DNA from: an uncultured Marinobacter sp.
GTDB lineage: Bacteria; Pseudomonadota; Gammaproteobacteria; Pseudomonadales; Oleiphilaceae
Reading direction: 5' to 3'
NCBI RefSeq assembly: GCF_947259545.1
Contig: NZ_CAMYMK010000003.1
Span: forward strand, 57,469-121,468
DNA length: 64,000 bases
Shown in pieces: positions 57,941 through 64,000 of this stretch. How positions within the stretch are numbered: the stretch's first letter is position 1; every line of letters begins with the position of its first letter. The notes beneath the pieces are model-generated. The model was given only the letters and a program-made list of their open reading frames with translations, was not told the DNA's origin and did no database searches. The position numbers were made by a program, and so were the translations under genes.

Positions 57941-59634
57941 CCGAGGAAACCGTGTTTGCCCGGGTGATCCATTCCGATCTCGAAGCCGGTCGTTTTCTGG
58001 TGCTGGTGACCGAGGATCAGAGACTGGCCTACAGCCACTGGCGGCCTTTCCAGCAGGCGGGCTATCCGGCGGTGACCGCGGGTCAGGAGGTCCGGGTTCG
58101 GCTTGGCCGTGATCGCCGGGACAGTAAGACCCTGGTGGTGCGCGAGGTGCTGGATAATGACGAGGCTCGAGAGGTAGCGGTGATCAGCCACGGGTTGACG
58201 CTGTCGCCGGATGAGCCACGTCATATGGCCGAGGCGGAGTTCCTGGCGGCCATTGATCCCGCAGATGGTGTGGTGGTGATCGCCAATGCGGTGATTGACG
58301 GCTCGGAACGGTCTGACCTGGCTTTTGCCGGATCCGTGGTGCTGATCAATTGCGAGGTATTGGGCGATTTCCGCTGGCTCGGGGCCCGATTCCGGGGCAG
58401 TTTCTGGTGCCTCAACTGCCGCTTCAACAATCATTTCAGCCTGAAATCCGCGCATCTGGATGGCAGCGTTGTGATGTTTGGCTGTGACTTCAGCGGCGCC
58501 GGTGGCATTTCGTTCCGTGGCATTCAGGCCTGCTCCGTGCTGATGGAATTCGGTACCCGTGGCAGCGAGGACATGCTCTGGCTCAACGAAATGACCCTGA
58601 GCGGATGCCTGGCGCTGAACGGCAGTTTCCAGGCGCCTGTGCAACTGATGGCGGTCCAGGACGAGGCACCGGTGAACGATTCGCCGTCTCTGGGCCAGGT
58701 CTATATTGGCCGCCAGAGTTATCACGCCGAACAGCTGAGCAGAAACGGTTTTGAAGGCGGTTTGTTTGTTGACGGGTATACGGTGTCTGGCCGTCTGGAG
58801 ATTCGCCGCAGTCATCTGAACCAGTTGCGGTTGGGAGAGCTGACAGCGGAATCCATCCTGGTGGATAACTGTGAACTGGCCGCTGACCTCTGGCTGGATC
58901 GGGTTACCGTGACGGACGAAGAAGTGGGCATCAGCATCCAGGATACCCTGGTGGGGCGTCACCTGAGGATGACCGGACATCACTTCCGTGGCCGCTTGTG
59001 TCTGAACGGTTCATCCGTGGGTCAGGCGTGGATGCTGGAGCTGGAAGCGCCTGAGGAAGGCACACCGAAGGTGGAGATGATGCGCTTCCACGCTGAGCAG
59101 GCGTGGTTTGATCCGGTGTCCCTGGTCTACGGTGCCAAACCGGCCCGACGCTCGACAACGCCGCCGCCTTTCGGTCTGTTGGCGCGGGCCATGATGCCCC
59201 GCCCCAGCGGCGATGACCGTCGTCATCTGGCGGAAGCCTACACCCGGTTCAAGAACTGGATGTCCACCACCGGGCATCTGCGGGAGGAGGACCACGCCTT
59301 TTTCCACATGCGGCATCACAAGGAAACCAGCAGGGTGCGCCGTTTCCTGCTTGGGGGAGTGTTTGGATGGGGCATCCGGTTTCGGAATATTCTGGCGGCG
59401 GCGCTGATGATCTCAATCCTGTTTGCGGCGGCGTTCATGGCGGTCGGAATCCGCACCGGAGAAGCGGTGATGCTCAGCCTGCAGAGTTTTATCAGCAGTT
59501 TCTACGGTCAGTGGAGTGAGCCCGAACCCTCCGCCACCGGACTCCTGTCGGTGCTGGTCACACTGGAATCCATGATCGGTGTGCTGTTTGTGACCGTATT
59601 AGTGGGTGCATACATTCGCAAGCTACTGAGATAA
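57937..59634 (+). CDS. CSD-like + pentapeptide-like solenoid + ion-channel-like membrane protein
   Basis: N-terminal GYPAVTAGQEVRV; repeats such as ARFRGSFWCLNCRFNNHFSL; C-terminal AEAYTRFKN..G..EED..F, FGWGIR, TM-LSLQSFISSFYG-TM(ESMIGV); TTGA overlap with upstream gene. Confidence 0.75.
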   Translation: MTEETVFARVIHSDLEAGRFLVLVTEDQRLAYSHWRPFQQAGYPAVTAGQEVRVRLGRDRRDSKTLVVREVLDNDEAREVAVISHGLTLSPDEPRHMAEAEFLAAIDPADGVVVIANAVIDGSERSDLAFAGSVVLINCEVLGDFRWLGARFRGSFWCLNCRFNNHFSLKSAHLDGSVVMFGCDFSGAGGISFRGIQACSVLMEFGTRGSEDMLWLNEMTLSGCLALNGSFQAPVQLMAVQDEAPVNDSPSLGQVYIGRQSYHAEQLSRNGFEGGLFVDGYTVSGRLEIRRSHLNQLRLGELTAESILVDNCELAADLWLDRVTVTDEEVGISIQDTLVGRHLRMTGHHFRGRLCLNGSSVGQAWMLELEAPEEGTPKVEMMRFHAEQAWFDPVSLVYGAKPARRSTTPPPFGLLARAMMPRPSGDDRRHLAEAYTRFKNWMSTTGHLREEDHAFFHMRHHKETSRVRRFLLGGVFGWGIRFRNILAAALMISILFAAAFMAVGIRTGEAVMLSLQSFISSFYGQWSEPEPSATGLLSVLVTLESMIGVLFVTVLVGAYIRKLLR

Positions 59635-59641
59635 CACTGTC

Positions 59642-60181
59642 ATGTGGTACCTGTGTGGACTGGGAAGTAATATCGAACCGGAACAGAACCTGGTGAAGGT
59701 TGTCACTCGACTACTGGAAAAGCACGGGTCCCTGTGGCTGTCGCCGATCATTCACACTCGTCCCCAGGGTATCGAGACTGACCGTCCGTTTCTCAATGCG
59801 CTGGTGGTGGTGTTCAGTTCACTGTCTCCGGAGCGACTCAAGGCCCATTTCAATCAGTTGGAGGAATCTCTCGGACGGGACCGCTCGGATCCCCTCTGCA
59901 GTCTTAAGGATCGACCGATTGATGTGGACATCCTGGAGTACAGTGAGAACGGTCGTTTCCTGGGCGAAGGGATAGATGAACCCTACTATCAACGGCTTTT
60001 TCATGGGCAGACTGAAAACTCAGTCCGGGCTTCCCTGACCGTGGCGGGCCATACCCTGGGCCAGGCGTCGGCCACCATCCACCGGGATCTGCGCACCGGT
60101 GATGAAATCGTTGTCCACCAGGGCCAGCAACTGCATGACCACGCTGTGAAAGCCTCCCTCGCGGGCCAGCAGGGTCTCTGA
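59642..60181 (+). CDS. folK: FolK/HPPK-like pyrophosphokinase
   Basis: LGSNIE, PFLNAL, LEESLGR, DRPIDVDIL. Confidence 0.85.
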   Translation: MWYLCGLGSNIEPEQNLVKVVTRLLEKHGSLWLSPIIHTRPQGIETDRPFLNALVVVFSSLSPERLKAHFNQLEESLGRDRSDPLCSLKDRPIDVDILEYSENGRFLGEGIDEPYYQRLFHGQTENSVRASLTVAGHTLGQASATIHRDLRTGDEIVVHQGQQLHDHAVKASLAGQQGL

Positions 60182-60784
60182 CAATACCTGCTGTCTTTGG
60201 CTGTCGGTATGGCGCGGCAGGAATCCGATGGGGCCGGGCATAATGGCATTGACCCGCACATCGGGCGCCAGCAGCGCGGCATAGCTCAGGGTCAGGTTGG
60301 CCAGGGCTGCCTTGGACGCACAATAGGCTCCGTAAAGCGGGTTGGGGCGTTCCGTGAAGATGTCGGTAATGTTGACGATCAGTGACGGACGCCCGTACAC
60401 CCGCGCCGCTGCCTCCAGGGCAGGGCCGAGGCCGTGCATCAGCTGCATGGGAGCGGTGCTGTTGATCTGAAACAGGCGGGCAGCCTGGTCCGGGCGTTGC
60501 CGTGGATCCTGGGCGTCGGTTTCGAATGTGGAGGCGTTGTTGACCAACAGGCTGACGCTGCTGGTGTCGCGAATAATGTCGTCGATCCGGGCCTGCACCG
60601 CGTCCGGATCGGCCAGATCGACCTGCAGTGCCGTCGCACCCCGACCGATGAGGTGATCGACCTCATCGGTGTGAGTCCGGTACAGGGCGAACAAACGGTA
60701 GCCCCGCTCAATCAGAGCCAGACTCGATTCATAACCGAGCCGCCGACCGGCACCGGTGATCACGGCCACTGGAGCAGTCGACAT
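60020..60784 (-). CDS. Pteridine reductase / FolM-like SDR
   Basis: TGAGRRLG, LVNNASTF, NITDIF, YCASKAAL, VRVNAIMPG, IPVDGGRRL. Confidence 0.85.
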   Translation of the reverse strand: MSTAPVAVITGAGRRLGYESSLALIERGYRLFALYRTHTDEVDHLIGRGATALQVDLADPDAVQARIDDIIRDTSSVSLLVNNASTFETDAQDPRQRPDQAARLFQINSTAPMQLMHGLGPALEAAARVYGRPSLIVNITDIFTERPNPLYGAYCASKAALANLTLSYAALLAPDVRVNAIMPGPIGFLPRHTDSQRQQVLSETLLAREGGFHSVVMQLLALVDNDFITGAQIPVDGGRRLAQGMARHGQGSPD

Positions 60785-60788
60785 GGAA

Positions 60789-61358
60789 TCAGTCCCGGTG
60801 GCTGAGCAGCTGCAGGAATTCGGTTCGGGTCGCCTGGGATTTGCGGAACTGGCCCAGCATCACCGAGGTTTTCATGCGGGAGTTCTGTTTCTCCACACCC
60901 CGCATCATCATGCACATGTGCTGGGCTTCGATCACCACGGCCACACCCTTGGCGCCGGTGACTGATTCAATGGCTTCGGCGATTTCCCGGGTCAGGTTTT
61001 CCTGGATCTGCAGCCTTCGCGCGTACATGTCGACAATACGGGCAAACTTGGACAGCCCGAGAACCTTGCCCTGCGGCATGTAGGCAATATGGCACTTGCC
61101 GATAAACGGCAGCATATGGTGTTCGCACATGCTGTATAGCTCGATGTCCTGAATCATCACCATCTCGTCCATGGAGGACTCAAAGACAGCGTTATTGACC
61201 AGTTCACCCAGGTCCTGCTGATAGCCGTTTGTCAGGAACTGCATGGCCTTGGCCGCACGCATTGGCGTGTCCATCAGGCCCTCGCGGGAGGTGTCTTCCC
61301 CCAGACCATTAATGATGTCGCGGTAATGGCCGGCCAAATCTTCCAGGGAGTTGCTCAT
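60789..61358 (-). CDS. folE: GTP cyclohydrolase I
   Basis: [48 protein letters not shown]. Confidence 0.96.
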   Translation of the reverse strand: MSNSLEDLAGHYRDIINGLGEDTSREGLMDTPMRAAKAMQFLTNGYQQDLGELVNNAVFESSMDEMVMIQDIELYSMCEHHMLPFIGKCHIAYMPQGKVLGLSKFARIVDMYARRLQIQENLTREIAEAIESVTGAKGVAVVIEAQHMCMMMRGVEKQNSRMKTSVMLGQFRKSQATRTEFLQLLSHRD

Positions 61359-61556
61359 AATCGGTTCCGGTATTCAGTGTCTGATTCAGGGCGAAGCTTA
61401 AGGGAAATCGCCGGTTATCTCCATGGTTTACGTGGACAGGTCCACAAAAGACCACACGTGGCCGGAATGACTCCGGCAAATCCGGTGCACAGCTATGGCG
61501 GCACCCACTGGTTTGTTCTACAGTTCCAGTCTGCAAACTCTTTCCAGGAACAGGGC

Positions 61557-62471
61557 ATGGAACAGGTCATCGCCGGACACACAATGGCTTCCCGGAGTAC
61601 TCAACAGGTTGGAACGCTGGATTGGTGGCAACAAGGCGGCAAATGGTTCAGTTATGAAGGTCATGCCATTTTCAGCCGGATGGCAGGGCAGGGAGAGCCA
61701 CTGGTTCTGCTGCACGGATTTCCAACCGCCAGCTGGGACTGGAACCGCCTGTGGCCCATGCTGACCCAGCAATACAACGTGCTGGTACTGGATATGCTGG
61801 GCTTCGGTTTTTCCGACAAGCCGGTGGTATACGACTACAGCATTGAAGACCAGGCTGACCTGTTCGAAGGCTGGATTGCCGGCCTGGGCCTGAAGACCGT
61901 CCATCTGTTTGCCCATGACTACGGCTGCAGTGTGACCCAGGAGTTGCTGGCCAGGGACCAGGAAGGCACCTTGCCGTTTCGTATCGCCAGTGTCTGTTTC
62001 CTGAACGGAGCCCTGTTTCCAGAGGTGCACAACCCGCTGCTGATCCAGAAGCTGCTGTGCAGTCCCCTGGGAGGGCTGATCAGTCGTGGTCTGAATCGCC
62101 GGACCTTTGAGCGGAATTTCCGCCGATTGTTGGGGCCTGCCAATCCCCCGGATCGCGAGGATTTGGACAATTTCTGGCAATTACTCACTTACAACAATGG
62201 CCGCGGTATCCTTCATCGCCTGATTCATTTCATGGAAGAGCGGCGCTGTCACCGTAATCGATGGGTGGGTGCCTTGCAGAATGCCACGCAACCCATGCGA
62301 CTGGTGTCCGGTGTGGCCGACCCGGTGTCCGGAGCCTCCATGGCCAGGCGCTACCGGGAACTGGTTCCCAACGCCGATGTCGTCAGTTTGCGGAATGTGG
62401 GTCACTACCCGCATTTTGAAAGTCCGTGGGACGTTTTTTCTGCTTATCGGGAATTCCGCAAACAGTTGTAA
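61557..62471 (+). CDS. Alpha/beta hydrolase, MEST/epoxide hydrolase-like
   Basis: LHGFPTASWDW, DMLGFGFSDKP, AHDYG, GHYPHFE; start uncertain (61557 or 61584). Confidence 0.88.
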   Translation: MEQVIAGHTMASRSTQQVGTLDWWQQGGKWFSYEGHAIFSRMAGQGEPLVLLHGFPTASWDWNRLWPMLTQQYNVLVLDMLGFGFSDKPVVYDYSIEDQADLFEGWIAGLGLKTVHLFAHDYGCSVTQELLARDQEGTLPFRIASVCFLNGALFPEVHNPLLIQKLLCSPLGGLISRGLNRRTFERNFRRLLGPANPPDREDLDNFWQLLTYNNGRGILHRLIHFMEERRCHRNRWVGALQNATQPMRLVSGVADPVSGASMARRYRELVPNADVVSLRNVGHYPHFESPWDVFSAYREFRKQL

Positions 62472-62485
62472 TCCCGGGCCGCGGC

Positions 62486-63598
62486 TCAGGTGTCGGCAAT
62501 CAAATCTGTGCCGCCATCATCCATTGGGCTTGACGTGTCTGCAGTTCTCGGTGCGCTGACCACCTGGTTCCGGCCCCGGGATTTGGCCTGATACAGTGAT
62601 TGGTCAGCGCGATTCAGCCACACCGACCAGGTTTCGCCCTGGACAACTTCCGCCGCACTGGCACTGGCTGTGACCCGGATATCATCCAGAAAAGGGCGGG
62701 CACTGATGCAGATCAGCAGTTCCTGTGCAAGAGTTTCGGCATCCCGTTGACGGGTTTCCGGCAGCACCAGCATAAATTCCTCTCCGCCTATACGAAAAAG
62801 CTGGTCGCTTTCTCGCAGCCGTCGGCGAATTCTCATTGTGAGCTCCGTTAATACCTTGTCGCCAGCAAGGTGCCCCCACTGGTCGTTGATGGTCTTGAAG
62901 TAATCGAGATCCAGCAGGATCAGGCTGGATACCCGCTCATAGCGTTCACGCATCTGGATCTGACTGTTGAGGATATCGGCCAGTTGCGATCGGTTGAGAC
63001 AGCCGGTCAAGGGGTCCGTGGTCGCCAGACGTGTTAGTTCGTCTTGAAGCCGACCGACGAGCCAGGCAAAAACCATCGCAAAGACGCAGGTCAGGCCGAG
63101 GGAAAAGGTGATGCGCCAGAAGTCCGCTTCCGGGAACTGGAGAAACGACACCATTGCCATCACGGTGACAAAAAGGATGTTGCTGATGGTGGCTTCCCGT
63201 AGCGGAAGCAGGAAAAACACAGCGGTGGCGGCGGGGTACGCCCAGTACAGGCCGGCATAACCGTTAATGCTCGTGGAGTAGGCGGCACAGATCACCGCCA
63301 GCAACGGAAACAATCGCCCTTTGAGGAAATAGGTGCCACGGAACCTGAGAAACGCGATCACCAGCAGGGCATTAGTGCGGAAAAAGATCAGCAACGTCGA
63401 TAGCAGATAATTACCGTGACTCCACTGCACCAGGATCAATGGGGCGACGGCAATAAACGACCAGAAGTAAAGGTGGTAGACAATCTGGCGTTTGAAGCCC
63501 AGAACCGCAAGTGTAGGATTGGTGGCAACCTTATCTGTTGAGAGCGATGGACTCACAGCGCACTCCTGCTGTTCCTGTACTTTTGAACCCGCTTCCAT
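62486..63598 (-). CDS. Membrane-bound diguanylate cyclase
   Basis: About six TM segments; TDPLTGCLNR, DLDYFKTINDQWGH, RIGGEEF, ADQSLYQAKSRGRN. Confidence 0.92.
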   Translation of the reverse strand: MEAGSKVQEQQECAVSPSLSTDKVATNPTLAVLGFKRQIVYHLYFWSFIAVAPLILVQWSHGNYLLSTLLIFFRTNALLVIAFLRFRGTYFLKGRLFPLLAVICAAYSTSINGYAGLYWAYPAATAVFFLLPLREATISNILFVTVMAMVSFLQFPEADFWRITFSLGLTCVFAMVFAWLVGRLQDELTRLATTDPLTGCLNRSQLADILNSQIQMRERYERVSSLILLDLDYFKTINDQWGHLAGDKVLTELTMRIRRRLRESDQLFRIGGEEFMLVLPETRQRDAETLAQELLICISARPFLDDIRVTASASAAEVVQGETWSVWLNRADQSLYQAKSRGRNQVVSAPRTADTSSPMDDGGTDLIADT

Positions 63599-63731
63599 GA
63601 CGGGACTTCAGGAAGTCTAGCACGGTGTGTCGTCAGGTGATCCAGTTTTAGTTCAATGTAGGTTTTGGGTGCTCTCTGGTTGGGAACACGCCAGTTCGTT
63701 AAACTCCGGGGGTTTTCATAAGGGGATTATC

Positions 63732-64000
63732 ATGACAGCCATACATACCCGATCGCCCTCACTGACTATCCGGGCGGGTCGCCGTGCCCTCCAGCGGCTG
63801 CAAGCCAAACCGCTGTCAGCGGATGATGTCCATGTAATTCCCGGTGCCGCCGGCGGGCCCAAGGCTCTTGGTATTTCGGGGCTGGACAAGGCCATATTCG
63901 GTGACTGGTTGCCCTCCGTTCCACAGGAGCGATCGTTGATCGGTTCCTCGATTGGCAGCTGGCGCTTTGCGGCTGTTGCCTCGACGGATGATCCGAAGGC
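63732..64000 (+). CDS. Patatin-like phospholipase family protein (partial, runs off the window)
   Basis: Hand translation MTAIHTRSP...GAAGGPKALG...IGSSIGSWRF (G-rich loop plus GxSxG). Confidence 0.75.
   Translation, partial: MTAIHTRSPSLTIRAGRRALQRLQAKPLSADDVHVIPGAAGGPKALGISGLDKAIFGDWLPSVPQERSLIGSSIGSWRFAAVASTDDPK

Overview
GC-rich gammaproteobacterial chromosomal window; gene content and style suggest a Marinobacter-like marine bacterium (inference). About 60 CDS; I found no rRNA, tRNA, CRISPR array, transposase or integrase. Ordinary content: a pimFBCD-like beta-oxidation operon with a TetR regulator, fadE, hydrolases, transporters, tpx, an RNase II/R-family nuclease, a copper ATPase locus, three c-di-GMP enzymes and a pterin locus (folE, folM-like, folK-like). 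Most unusual: (1) a tightly coupled operon at 57.2-60.2 kb encoding an Apyc1-like MBL-fold phosphodiesterase, a protein with a cold-shock-like OB domain, a pentapeptide-like solenoid and a degenerate K+-channel-type pore, and a FolK-like kinase; (2) a seven-gene envelope operon at 37.2-44.1 kb in which three lipoproteins with variable N-termini share an uncharacterised C-terminal SPYTSDGVxAEWV/glycine-zipper domain and flank LpoB-like, TPR, YcfL-like and CsgG-like genes; (3) six intergenic elements with a conserved cloverleaf core but a different near-perfect 24-29 bp terminal inverted repeat in each copy; (4) a PEP-CTERM protein with a sigma54 promoter and enhancer-like site; (5) a secreted (HGGEGGEx)8 repeat protein divergent from a PiuC-type dioxygenase. 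All product calls come from motif recognition by eye, not from database searches.
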